A stretch of DNA of 64,000 nt from contig JBPGPT010000010.1 in assembly GCA_051047955.1 (NCBI GenBank), forward strand, positions 1 through 64,000, written 5' to 3'. Source of the stretch: Cystobasidiomycetes sp. EMM_F5. Its lineage: Eukaryota. A program made the translations under genes and the position numbers. Of the stretch, positions 1-12,298 are shown piece by piece. The notes beneath the pieces are model-generated. The model ran no database searches and was not told the origin of the DNA. It saw nothing but the letters and a program-made list of their open reading frames with translations. Numbering within the stretch: the first letter of the stretch is position 1; each line of letters opens with the position of its first letter.

Positions 1-275
1 AGCATGCATACTGGACTGTTTGGCAAACGATAGGCCATCTTCTCTCAAGCATGTGTAATGGGATTGGTAGGCCTAGGATAATTCAGAATACTGCAATGGA
101 ACCCATTCTTACAGATGAAACAGGCGCTGTTGTGGAATGGTTTGGCAAGGGCATCGAGCACTTGTGGCACTCAATTGAGCATGCATACTGGACTGTTTGG
201 CAAACGATAGGCCATCTTCTCTCAAGCATGTGCAATGGGATAGGTAGGCCTAGGATAATTCAGAATACTGCAATG
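1..275 (+). repeat. 177-bp-period direct repeat (1-98 nearly identical to 178-275)
   Basis: agcatgcatactggactgtttggcaaacgataggccatc...cagaatactgcaatg occurs at 1 and at 178 with only a couple of substitutions. Confidence 0.95.
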
Positions 276-895
276 CGTTTCTGACACGTATTCGGGATCT
301 GACATAGCATCCGCAGAGCACTGGTTCATCGATCATCGGTATTTCTTTATCATCGCACTCGTCATCGGTGGTGTCGCCGGTCTATCGGTGGCTTTCCCGC
401 CAGCAATGATCTTGATCTTGCGCGTGATTCTGATGGCTATGGCACTCATAGTGGGCATCCCGGTAGCAATTTTGTGGTGGTATGTCAACAACAGCAAATT
501 CAGGGTTGGCGAAGTAGAGCGGCGTATTGACGGAAACGGATGCAATTTTCTGCCTGCTCTCACTCTGTACACATTCGCGAGCAAATCTAGCATCGTCGCA
601 AGCGTACGCGGACCTGCCGGCAGGAGAAGCCAGCCTCAGAGTATGACTCTCCAAGTCGAACGCGGCCGAGGGTAAAGATCTGACAAACAAACATCAGATG
701 CGGCAAGGTATGTAGTTGGGAGTTTGAATGCCGGAGGATCCGCGCATCACAGCGCGTATGATTGTGAGTGGGGCCAAATTGTCCTGTCGGCAAAATCTAA
801 TGCGGGCTGACGTGGGATGAGCAGGGTCCGACATGTGGACCGAAAATACACCGTTACGAGACACCGATCAATGGAGCCATGCATCATCGTTTTGA
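1..895 (+). CDS. 3' part of a spliced hypothetical membrane protein with a duplicated Trp/His-rich amphipathic exon followed by two hydrophobic segments (5' end outside window; 3' end uncertain)
   Basis: Introns 67-114 and 244-307 (GTAGGC...AG) join to ...SSMCNGI-DETGAVVEWFGKGIEHLWHSIEHAYWTVWQTIGHLLSSMCNGI-ASAEHWFIDHRYFFIIALVIGGVAGLSVAFPPAMILILRVILMAMALIVGIPVAILW. Further donor/branch/acceptor signals run to ~1100, so the stop could be 675 (unspliced) or 895 (one spliced path). Confidence 0.6.
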
Positions 896-1138
896 GCGGA
901 GACGGACTGTAAGTCTTTCGCCAATGTATCGAAGGCGACTGATGTTGCGTATCGTCACTCTAAGGTCCATGAAGTACTTTGGATGTGACGACAGGTGCGG
1001 ACGAAGCCGATCTGGCATGCGTCAGTAAGACTAAGCCGCCTTTTTCCCGGATCAGCCGACGAAATAGTAACATGGGTCAGGATGAAAACGCGCTTAGGGT
1101 CTGATCGGAATCGCAGAAGAGTCCGTTATACATGCGTG

Positions 1139-1966
1139 TTAGCAAATGATGACTTTCCACCAGCGAGTTCTACGGTCCGCTTTGTTGAACACAGCCTTCT
1201 CGTTATGAGATTTGCCTTTCGCGGTCTGACTGCTCCTCCTACGCAATAGTCCCACTCTATCTGTCGATGCCGATGACTTACTTTTTATGCTTACTCTGCG
1301 TGAGATCTTCTGTTCCGCTACTGTCTTCAGCATTTGCCGCCTCCACTCCAAAAACGAGGTACTACGGAGCTGTCTAATGTTTGCGGCTCTTTCCGGAAAC
1401 TTTTCGCAGAGCGCAGCGACCAACAAAGCTGTTGGGCGCTTCCGCAATTTTGTGCGAACTCTCTTCAAGGGAGGCGGAACGTTGAAGGCTACAGTCGCGA
1501 CTAAGGGATCCTCATCGGCTGCCAACTGTATTGTTTGATCGGCCATCGTGGGAGCAACTAGTCGAGGCTTAACGGCTGTTCTCGTAGAGGTACCATCTGC
1601 AGCTTTTGCAGGTGAGACCCTCACTGATAATAGAGGATCGGGCCTGCGATACCATTTCCAGAATTTGCGGGTCTTCAAGCGATGGGCGATAGATCCTAGC
1701 TTCGCGTTATGCTTATTTCGAAGATGACCATGTAAGGTAGCTATTGGGCTCCTTGGAGTCCTCCTGTGTGGGGTTGCTGGCCCAGCACTGGCGGCATATG
1801 GTCTGTATTCGGGAAGGTCTTCAACGAACACCGAATGGTTGTATGCTCGAGAATGAGGTCTGTTTAGTCGGGGTGATGTGGCAGTGTAGGCCGGACGGTA
1901 TGATATTTCGCTTGAGGCTTTCGCTGGGATGTCAGTAGATACCGGCGAGTTAGGCTGGGTTGCCAT
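1139..1966 (-). CDS. hypothetical basic, low-complexity protein (275 aa)
   Basis: Single ATG-initiated ORF rich in Arg/Lys/Pro/Ser; no recognisable domain. Confidence 0.5.
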   Translation of the reverse strand: MATQPNSPVSTDIPAKASSEISYRPAYTATSPRLNRPHSRAYNHSVFVEDLPEYRPYAASAGPATPHRRTPRSPIATLHGHLRNKHNAKLGSIAHRLKTRKFWKWYRRPDPLLSVRVSPAKAADGTSTRTAVKPRLVAPTMADQTIQLAADEDPLVATVAFNVPPPLKRVRTKLRKRPTALLVAALCEKFPERAANIRQLRSTSFLEWRRQMLKTVAEQKISRRVSIKSKSSASTDRVGLLRRRSSQTAKGKSHNEKAVFNKADRRTRWWKVIIC

Positions 1967-2345
1967 CTACCGGAGCACTGTAAGTTCACTTCCAATGATA
2001 CGATTATTAGCTAAGTCGATCGTGATGACTGCACACAGACATCATCGCGTTGGCTAGCGAGGAGTCTATGGACGGGGCGCGGTGCAGCGGAAACCGGCCG
2101 CACAGTGTCAAGGGGAGAGCATGTGGAATAGCCTGTAGGCGGTTTAGTAGTTCTTGCAGCGAGTCAGCGTGGTGATTCATAAAAAGCTTCTTCTTTGCTA
2201 TATCTTCTATTCAGAGACCGTTCAAATTGCTGATATTCAAGTAGGGCGTTCATTGCTGTCAAATAATGCTGTGTCACTTTAACTGTTAGATGTCACACGT
2301 CTTTGTAGAGACTCACTCAGAGCCTATGCCGCGTATTCTTGGCGC

Positions 2346-2733
2346 TTAATGCGAGGGAGAATGCACTACGGAACGATTTGTTTGGCCGGGCGATGTAACA
2401 CGCATTTGAGGTATGCTACTTGGCTGGTGCGTGAGGATCGGAGTCTTCGGAGCTGGCTGCTTGTGCATGGAATGATCTTTGTTATGTGGAGTGTCATCCT
2501 GTCGCATCCCGTCCTCCTGATGTTTGCCATTCCTGGACGGAGCTGCTGTATCGTATCCGCAATTGCACGTGCAGCACCTAGTGAACGAGGTACTTGTCCG
2601 AGGGTTCCAGGTGATGCACTTTGTGGAACATGTTCAGATAATTAGTGCTATCTGTCTCGACGCGGCAGCCTACCCATGAAAAGAGGCAGCTCGTGCAGAC
2701 CGCACTAAGGCATTGTCCGCATGCATCGTCCAT
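2346..2733 (-). CDS. small two-exon protein (110 aa) with Cys-rich N-terminus
   Basis: Exon 2733-2674, intron 2673-2619 (GTAGGC...CTAAT...AAG), exon 2618-2346 open to TAA: MDDACGQCLSAVCTSCLFSW|CITWNPRTSTSFTRCCTCNCGYD...HQPSSIPQMRVTSPGQTNRSVVHSPSH. Confidence 0.7.
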
Positions 2734-3267
2734 TGAATCAGGGGGAGCAGATCGTAAGCAGTGCAAGCGCAGTCACTCAGAACAATCATGTATGTATAAT
2801 TCGGGATGGATCATCTGTTTGGGTCAGGGAAAACGTTGGTCAGAAGATGTGAAGGATGGGGGGCGCCAGAGCGACCCAATGATTCTTGGATGGGACGATT
2901 CAGTGTGGTAGTTGTGATATTCAGCGCTTTCTAGCAAACAAGCGTGTTGCTTATTGTCTACTAGTCGTACCCAAACAACGCGGCCTGCGCGTAAGTTGCA
3001 GGGCTGGTGCGTTTACGCGAATTGTGACTCGTCCAGAGAGCATTCAGCTTACGAGCACAAGCTATTGCAGTGATTTGACTCGGAGTGCAGCTTGAAAGCT
3101 GACTCGCTCAATAGCTGCTGGCGCGCACTCGGCAGCTGAAACGTCCAAAACTTGAACCCGGTTGGACGGCAACACACTCGAAGGGCACGCGGTCTGCATC
3201 CCACAGGCTTGGATTAGCGACGGCTGGTCGTGCCATGATTCACTGGTTTCGCTCTTAGGTCGCAGTC

Positions 3268-6200
3268 ATGGCTTCGACATCAATTGCGAAACTGGATGAT
3301 GCGGCTACGCCAGCCCCTGCAGCTTCAGCGTCAGAGACGTCCGGCAGCATTTCAGCAGCATCCAGCACTGCAGACACTTCCGCGTCTCCATTGCTAAACG
3401 ACGCAGACACAACTGCAGCTACGTCGGTCGCTGATAGCGAAGCAAAGGACGAGCACCGTGACGCCGAGGACCCTGCCGGACCTGAAAGTGCTAAACGAAA
3501 GTCCAAAGGAAAGGGCAAGGCGACAGAAGTGGAGGAGACCGTAAAGATCCTTATTGATGAACCAGGGCATCGCAAGGAATTGCGAACGTCCAGCACCGGT
3601 CGGCAATATGCTATCGAAACGAGAGGGATGTGGACAATTCTGCGCTCGCTCAATCCGCGGGCTGGGTCGAAATTGAGCGTGCGCGAACGCTTAAAGAAGA
3701 GGCTGAAAGAGGTACTTTCCAATGACTTTGACATGCCAACTTTTTACATGCTCATGTTTTGCACATTCAGTTTGCCACATTCTGGCCCTTTCTCCTTCGC
3801 TTCGCTACGGAAGTCCTTCAGCTCGGGAAATGGCGATTCTTTGTTCATCTCATCGGGTCGACTATCACTGGCCTTGTTCCTGCACTTCGAATATATCTCT
3901 CCTCCCGCCTAATCGCCATTGCGCAAACGGCTGCCGACAAACGTATACTGTGAGTGAGGATTCTACTTAGATGACGGCTTCGCCTGACATGAATGGCACA
4001 GACGCAAGTCAGAGCTCATATCCGTCGCATCTACTGCATACCTATCACTGTTCTTGGAAAATTGGATAGATGGTTTACTGTAAGCACCTTTCGATCGTCC
4101 TGGAGCAGTGATCTAATCGATATCACAATCAGCCTGGATAACAACGGCATTCTTCGTCGGAGATTTGAGTCCATGGTGAATGAGCATCTCATGCAAGCTC
4201 GAGCTCGCCTGGACGTCCGGACTCTTGGCAAGAACCGAGTAATGAAAGACTTTGTCGCCGCGCATTCTCTCGTGCACGCACTTGGCGACGGATCCTTTGT
4301 CGTGGGACAAATCATCGACCTCTTTACGTCCGCCGTTTCGCTAGGTACACAGGCTTCCATGCTCTGGGGAATGAGCAGTTCCGAGAATGCCGACCTCGCG
4401 CTCGTAAGCATGTTCTCCGCAAGTCTGATGCTCCTCAGGTGGTTTTGGAGACGAAACGGGTACTCTATGAGTGCTGTTACGGACACCAACTACAACAGGA
4501 TGTCGCTCATGGAGTACATGAGTCATCCGGTTGCGAGCACCTTTGGAGAGCGTAAGGTTCTCGGTCTTGGCAATTGGGTCCTTGGAGAGTACAAGAAGGC
4601 GTCGAACGCGCTCGGCGATGTCTCCCTGTCACCAAAGGTCACGATAGATCCTTTCGCAACTACCACAGAAGCGATCCGAGCCTTCACAGATACTGCAATC
4701 TATGTCCTCTTTGCGCTTAAAGTATCTCAGAAACCGATCGGCGATGCTACTCTCTCCATGTCGTCCCTTACCTTCATACAATCCGCAGCTCGTGGTCTTG
4801 CAGGTGGTCTCTACCGCTTTGTTCGAGATGTACAGAACTTCGGGTCGGAGTTTTCAGCCTTCAGAGCCTACTATCGTGTTCTAGAGATCAAGCCTGTCAT
4901 ACTTGATCCTGTCGAGCCGGTGCAGTACAAGACTGTTACGCGGCTAATTGAAGAAATACCAAGTGATGGCTCAGAGGCAAGCGCTCCTGCCGCTGACACA
5001 GACAAGTCACATGCCGATGACACTGCTAAGAACATCAGAAGCGGAATGGAGATTGAATTCCGAAACGTCTCCTTCACCTGGCCCGGTAAGCGGGAGAAGG
5101 CGCTCGATGACATCTCGTTCCATATCAAAGCCGGCGACCTCGTGGCAGTAGTTGGATTCAATGGCAGTGGCAAGAGTACAGTCATTGCATTGATGGCTCG
5201 CCTCGTCGATCCATCGAGTGGACAAATATTTATCAACGGCATCGATATTCGCTTGTACAACACCTCAGATTTGCATCGTTACATGTCTTTGCTCTTTCAG
5301 TCATCGGCGGAACTACCGTTAACGATTCGCGAGTTTATCGGTATAGGGAATGTGGATGATATCGACAACATGGACAAGATTCGGCAAGCTGCAACGGAAA
5401 GCGGGGCCGCCGAGTTTGTTGACAAGCTGAAAGACGGCTTCGAGTCCTCCTTCACTGGCCAAGTTGAGATGGAGACTGCAGAGACGATGTACAAAGACGC
5501 TGTGAAGTGGGACGAGGAGGATGAGGAGGATGACGAAGATGGAGATTCCGACTCCGATTCCGAGACGGGCGACGAGGCAGGGGATGTGTCGGAAAAGGAT
5601 CATCTGAAACTAGAGAGCAGTGAATCGAATGAGGGCAATCAACGAGGAGAGACCAAAGGCGACTCCGATAACGGCAGCTCAAGCGATGAAAGCGAAAACG
5701 ACGATGACAAGGATGGGAATCTTGCCTTCTCAGGTGGACAGCGTCAAAAGCTCGTGATGGCTCGCAGCTTCATGCGACAAACTGATCTCGCTGTCTTTGA
5801 CGAGTAGTAAGCATGAGCCTGTCTGACTCCCTCTACTTCGCATTCTAACGAAATCCTTCACAGCTCTGCCAGCCTCGATCCAGTCGCAGAGCATGAATTG
5901 TTCAAGCGTATCACGGTCAATCGTGGTAAACAGACAATATTATATATCACACATCGCTACAGCACAGTCCGACATGGTAAGTGTTTGGTCTGCCATCTAC
6001 TCCCCGCACGCTAATCTTGGGCTTTTGCTAGCTGATAGTATCCTTATGTTGGAAAAGGGGAAAGTCATTGAGTCTGGAACTCACGAACAGCTGCTTGCTA
6101 TTCCCGATGGCAAGTATGCAGAAATGTGTCGCCTTGCTCTTGGTGAGGGGGAAGCAAACGTTAAGGATACGACAGTCGTCAAGCTGGACGATATTGCCGC

Positions 6201-6342
6201 GTCTCAAGATGACGATGAACTGAAGACTCTTGCTTGCAACACTCCTCTACCGTCCTCTCCTCCCTTGTCGGCCACAAAATCAGCAGACCGTGGCATCAAC
6301 CATGAAGCATCGCTCATACCCGAGACCGAAATCGTCATTTAG
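3268..6342 (+). CDS. half-size ABC transporter (TMD-NBD, ABCB/MdlB-like), multi-exon
   Basis: Walker A GFNGSGKST, Q-loop LLFQ, signature FSGGQRQK, Walker B LAVFDE spliced to YSASLDPVAE, H-loop ITHRYSTVRH|ADSILMLEKGKVIESGTHEQLL; hydrophobic N-terminal half. Confidence 0.92.
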
Positions 6343-6686
6343 GGTAAATAGAATCGAGATGCATCGCATCTACGGACCTTGCATCAGTGCCGGGTGGATC
6401 CCGTTCCTGTCAGGTATCGTAGGATCGTATTGTGATTTGTGCTTAGTTTATCTTTCCAGCACTTTCAGATGATGTTGTAGTATACTAGCAAGCTCGTTCA
6501 TAGTACAGTACTAGTAGTTCAATTGCTCATCGTTTACAATTGGCTACAGCGTTGCCGCTAGACTCCGCCTCCAGCTCGTCAAATTTTTTCAAGGGCTGCC
6601 CCTATTTTCAGCATGGTGGTCGCGTGGTCGCGTTCGTCAAAGCTTTTCTTGCTGTTTTCCTTCATCCTCTTGCCTAACATTGCACT

Positions 6687-8596
6687 ATGCTGGCTTCATT
6701 CGGGTTATTAGCTCTGGCAGCTTCAGCTGTAGCGGCACCTTCGCAGTTTCCGTTCGCCTCCCAATTCGACTTTCTCAAATCGTCCAATGATGCCGAAATA
6801 ACAACCTTCAAACACCACAAATTTCCTACACATCAAGTTCGGGCAATTCAGCCAAAGGGATTCTGCGACAGCTCTGTAGAGCAGTGGTCGGGATACCTTG
6901 ACACACCCAACAACCGCCACTTCTACTTCTGGCAAGTTGTACCCTACCCAGCTTTTTGCGATGAGACAGGGCTAATACTTTGAGATGCAGGTTCTTCGAG
7001 TCACGCAATGATCCTGTGAACGATCCCATCTTGTTATGGCTGAACGGCGGTAAGCCTGAAAAGAGCCAACACGTGGTATATGGCTGACATACTGTTCTGC
7101 GCATCAGGCCCGGGATGCTCCTCTTTCACTGGTCTTGTCATGGAACTTGGCCCATGCCGAGTGTCCCCGCCGAACTCCCAAGGTCAAGTTGCCGTCGCCG
7201 AAAATCCATGGAGCTGGAATAACAATGCTAGCATTATCTTCCTTGATCAAGTAAGTAGCGAGCACGAAATCTAATTGCAGATGTTATAAGCTGAAACGTT
7301 TGTCATCGCAAGCCTGTAGGTGTCGGCTACTCATACGCGGACAAGGGAGACAAGGGTGTCTGGACAACAGAAGCTGCGGCGGAAGACGTATACGCTTTGC
7401 TGCAGATCTGGTTCAATGCCTTCGACAAGGACTTCGGCACGAACGACTTCCATAGTGAGTCTCGCCTTTCTTTGTCGACTGACTGCTTCTAAACGCAATT
7501 CGCAAATAGTCTCTGGCGAAAGCTTTGCCGGAAGATACATCCCGGTCTTTTCAGACTACATTGTGGAGCAAAATAAGAAAGAGTGAGAGCAATCGAGTAA
7601 ACACCTTGTACATATGTAGCTGATCTGTACATAACTCAGCAATGGCCTGCGCAAGATCAACTTGAGATCAATGATGATTGGAAACGGCATGACCAACACA
7701 CTCATCCAATACTCATCCTACCATACTGCCGTCTGTACCAATCAGACTGGGTACGGCCCGTACCTGGGCAAGGAAGTGTGCGACAAGATGGCTGCCGACT
7801 TGCCAAAGTGTCAAAAGCTCTTCAAGGCGTGCTACGATGATCCATCGAATGCTGTTGTCTGCCTGTCTGCTACCACATACTGTGAAGCAACCCAGACCGA
7901 GCCCTTCTACCAGACTGGACGGTGAGTGGTCACTATAGAACCGCTTCCGGAACGACAGCTGATACTGCTTCTTACTTCAGCAATGCCTATGACATGGCTA
8001 AGTTTGGTGAATACGATGAGGAGGCTTGGATGGCAACTTTCTTGAACCAAGACAGCACGATGCACGCGCTCGGTGTAGATAAGGCTAGCCACGGCCGTGT
8101 GCATAAGCATACTGGCTGTGATCCTACTGTCGGATACCGCTTCTCTGCCACTGGCGATGGTGCTAAAGCTACATTCCCGCATGTTGCCAATATACTCGAA
8201 AACGGCGTCGCTGCGCTGTTATACTCCGGCGACCGAGACTTCATCTGCAACTGGTTAGGAAACCAAGAATGGGTCAACAACCTGTCATGGACTGGGTCAA
8301 AAGGCTTCCAGTCGACCAGCTTAACGCCCTGGTACGCGAGCCATAGCAATCCTACCTCGACATCTGGTCAATTCAGAACATACCAAAATCTGACATTTGC
8401 GACTGTCGGATCGTCGGGACACTTCGTGCCTTATGTGAGTGACTGGGGCGGATTCTGCATTTGTCTCGTCGACCACTAACAACTCGGTTTTCCGCTTCAG
8501 GACAAGCCTGAAGAATCGCTCAACATGGTAAATGCGTGGATACACTACGGTCCTGCGGCATTTTTAGATATTCTATCACAAAAGTCGGGGCATTAG
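6687..8596 (+). CDS. secreted/vacuolar serine carboxypeptidase, family S10 (carboxypeptidase Y-like)
   Basis: Signal peptide; [49 protein letters not shown]; catalytic [30 protein letters not shown]. Confidence 0.95.
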
Positions 8597-9337
8597 AGCA
8601 GCATCACCTCGGGGTCAACCGAAGCGAAACTTGTATAAAAGGCCTTGAAAGGCCTCGAAATTGTTGTGGCCTTCGTACTGGCCTTCGTACATTAATATAC
8701 CTAATAAGTACACTATGAGCAGCTCTGTTTGAAATTGGCTGCATGTCACTCGTAAACTATGTCAGGGCCACTACGTGAATGATTGACCGCTTGGCGTCCC
8801 CCGGCTTATTTGACGAGGTATCCTTCTTGGTCGAAAGAATCTCAATACCGCGTCTCGTCAAAGTATAGTCGTTAAAGACACAGAGAGGCAGTTGCATGTG
8901 CATGCAGACCGAAGGGTGTGCAGCACTTGCTGAGAGGACCGTGATGTGTTCGTGAAAGCATAGCGCAAGTTTCGCGCAAGACAAGGCGGCCGCTCCGACG
9001 CTGCCTTTGCAAGCGGATGAGGCTCTAACGCAATGTGTCAGCCTTCATAGTGGTCTGATCTTTGTGATGTCCTTCGGCTCACCTTTTGCTTCAATTTTCA
9101 TTGAAGAATTTAGAGAGATCAGCCCGGATGCACATGATGGTCTCGCGTTGATCCTGTTTTATGGCTCAGCGGATACATGAATCCAAGAGCATTTGCGGGC
9201 TACATCGATTGACGCGAAAACAACGAGCGTTCGTCTAGCCAGCTCAAAGCGGCTTTTGGCTGATCGAACAACGCTCGGGCCTTTCATGGCGAAGCGCTGG
9301 CTTCGAAGGGCAGCGATTAGGCTGAACAACGCTGAAC

Positions 9338-11210
9338 ATGCTGCCGACGCTGCTGCAGGGTTGCCTGCTGGTCAGCAGCGTGCTGGCTCACTCGACGCAC
9401 CACCAGCAGGCCGTGTTGCAGCATAATGATGACGCGCTGAAGCTGCCACTACCGCGACCACGCGTCGCAATTGTTGGAGGTGGTGCTGGCGGGACATCGG
9501 CTGCCTTCTTTTTGAACTTCCTCGCAAAGCAGGACCCCTCTCTAGCCGTTGACATTGATCTCTTCGACTCAAACGACTACCTCGGCGGCCGCTCGACCGT
9601 AGTCTACCCATTCGACGATGAAACGCACGCGCCGGTTGAGCTGGGCGCGAGTATATTCGTGAAAGCGAATGAGAATCGTACATTCATTCTCACAGTCAGA
9701 AAGCAGAGCGGATGCTGAAGCTCTTTGATATCCAGTCTACAAAGCCGCTACCAATGAGTTTCGCTTGAGGTTGCAAGATGGACATGGCGGTGGGGCTTCG
9801 TCTGAGGAGGACGAAGGCGGCATGTCAATCTGGAATGGCGAACAGTTCGTATACCACGAGTCGACCAGCACTTGGTGGAACATTGCAAAAATGGCGTGGA
9901 GGTACGGCTGGGCAAGTCCCCTCAAGACGCGTGATGCAGTCGCGAGCACGGTCGATAGCTTTGTCAAGCTGTACGGGAGCGGTTTTCAGAGTCAGGGACC
10001 GTATGATACCATAGCAGACTTTGCACACGGCCTAAAGCTCGATAGCCATGCATTCAAGACTACACTGCAGCATCTAAGAAATCAAGGCGTCAACGATTTA
10101 TTCGTCCAGGAGCTCGTGGGTGCAGCCACGCGCGTGAACTACGGCCAGAATCCCGGCAAAATCCATGCATGTAAGAGTATGACTCTCCTGTTACCGGGCA
10201 GATGAGCTGAGCACGGCGTGAACAGTCGAAGGAATGGTCTCCATGGCAGCGTCAGGCGCTTCTAGCGTCGTCGGCGGTAATCGCCAGATCTTTGAGGGAT
10301 TTGCAGGGAAAAGTAATGCCAGAGTTCGGTTAAGTACGACAGTGGAACGCATCGTCCGTCTACCGGATATCGGCGGTGGTAAACAATGGCGGGTGCACTA
10401 CCGCAACAATAATAGCGGGATTCGCACAGTGGCCGAATACGACTCCATCATCTATGCAACGCCCATGCATTCCCAAGCCGTATCATTCGCACCAAAGGTA
10501 CGTTGGGAGAATACCGATATTCCAGACCGTATTCCTCCGCTGGAGTATGTACAATTGCACGTTACGATCCTCGTCACAAACGCTAGCCGTCCTCGCCCCG
10601 ACTTCTTTAATGGTGCGACGGAAGTGCCCAAGACAATTCTATCGACGTTTGAGCCGTATGAAGCTGGAAAGGTCAAGACTAGGCCCAAGCTCAATTCTCT
10701 CAACTACTTACGAAATCTAGGCAATCTGAGCGAAACGAGCGGTGAAGGGCATGTCATCAAAAGTATGCATTCGCGGGATATCGAGAGGTAAAGAAACGTG
10801 TCTGACGTAAATTGCACACACAGTCTTTTCGGAATACGAATTATTGGATACCCACCTTAACGAGATATTTGGCGAGAACGAAGTGTTTTGGGTAACGCGC
10901 AAGCAGTGGGCGGCGTATCCTGTTGCCGCTCCGTTCGGGCAGGATGAACGTCTACCAGCGTTCAAGCCGGATAATGGTAGTTCGCTGTACTATGTCAATG
11001 CATTCGAAAGATGGGTGAGCACGATGGAGACGGAGGTAAGTCAGATTGCCCAGATGGCGCTTGGACCAGGACGCCTCTCGTAAACAAAATCTGACGAGTC
11101 GTAAACAGACTGTGTCAGCTTGGAACGTCGTCAGTCTCCTCGTACGAGATCTGTTCGGCTATCAGGTGAAAAAGAGTTGGGCGCAATGGGATGGTAGTAG
11201 CGCAGATTGA
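9338..11210 (+). CDS. prenylcysteine oxidase/lyase (FAD-dependent)
   Basis: Signal peptide, VAIVGGGAGG Rossmann motif, LGGRST, VELGASIFVKAN, ATRVNYGQ, GGNRQIFE, YVQLHVT, YYVNAFERWVSTMETE. Confidence 0.92.
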
Positions 11211-11384
11211 TCTGCAGTTTGACTATCAGCATTTTTCAGTTCTTGTAGCTTTCCTGAAGATAGAGAGGTAATCACTCTCTCTTCGCAACCTCGACCTGTA
11301 CAAGTAGATTTGATTCTGCATGACTTTGACAAACTGGCCTGTGGCGATTTTGACCTGTTGTCAACTTCTGCAACCTGTACCAAA

Positions 11385-12113
11385 ATGTCGGACTATGGCG
11401 ATGATGACCCAATTGGCGGCGGTGACGAGTACGTACCAGCGTAGCAGGGCTTATGCCGCAGGAGTTTCATTTCCTGAGCTGTCTCTTCTTCGGATTCAGC
11501 TTCGAGGGCGAGTACGATATCGTGAGCTACTAGGCAGCTCTGGGGAACTCTTGCAAGCATCTGACCACCTCCATTCGAGGAAACAGGATGAACAACGCTA
11601 CCTCGCAGAAGGGTCGAGGGAAGGAACGCCTGTAGAGGGAGTCGAGGACGGTCAGCATGATTCTGGAGAACCGAATGGCATCGTTAGCAGCGGGCAAGCA
11701 CCGCCCAACGGCACAGGCAAGGAGAACAAGGAGAGGATGACAACTCCATATATGACGAAATATGAGCGAGCGAGGATATTGGGAACACGGGCTCTTCAAA
11801 TTAGGTGAGTAACACCTCAGCCAAGAAAAGCGATTCGAGGCCTACTGGATTCTGAGATATTACTTTTCACTCCTCGTGCTACACTAGCATGAACGCTCCT
11901 GTCCTCGTCCCGCTAGAACCGACCGAGACGGATCCGCTGGAAATTGCAATGAAAGAGCTGGCAGCGCGCAAGATTCCCTTGATAGTCAGGAGATTTCTGC
12001 CGGATGGCAGCTACGAGGATTGGCAGTGGGTTTCACAGGATTACAGCAAGTTAGACTATGCTATGCTAAAAATGCTTTTCTTTTACAGCGTTAGCGAACT
12101 CATCATTGACTGA
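11385..12113 (+). CDS. RPB6: RNA polymerase I/II/III common subunit RPABC2/Rpb6
   Basis: [31 protein letters not shown]...[33 protein letters not shown]; acidic N-terminus MSDYGDDD. Confidence 0.97.
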
Positions 12114-12298
12114 TATCGTTTCGCACCCATATTGCATCTGGATTAAGTGAAGTACCGGTACTGTCGTAATATTACAACACGTTGTGTAAGGTGTAGCAAC
12201 ATGGGGTGAAATCGTTGGCGCCAGATCGCGACTAACATGCATCGAACAATGGGTGCTTTACCAATCAGCCTCCTATAAGAGCCGATATTCTTATGGCC

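Noticed and set aside
1..275. Direct repeat as a CRISPR array or LTR
   Set aside because: Unit is 177 bp, follows exon/intron structure, has no spacers, cas genes, TG...CA ends or retroelement ORFs; the context is eukaryotic.
3268..11210. ABC transporter, peptidase and oxidase as a peptide/RiPP biosynthetic cluster
   Set aside because: No precursor with KR-delimited repeats, DUF3328, NRPS or PKS; each gene has an ordinary housekeeping explanation.
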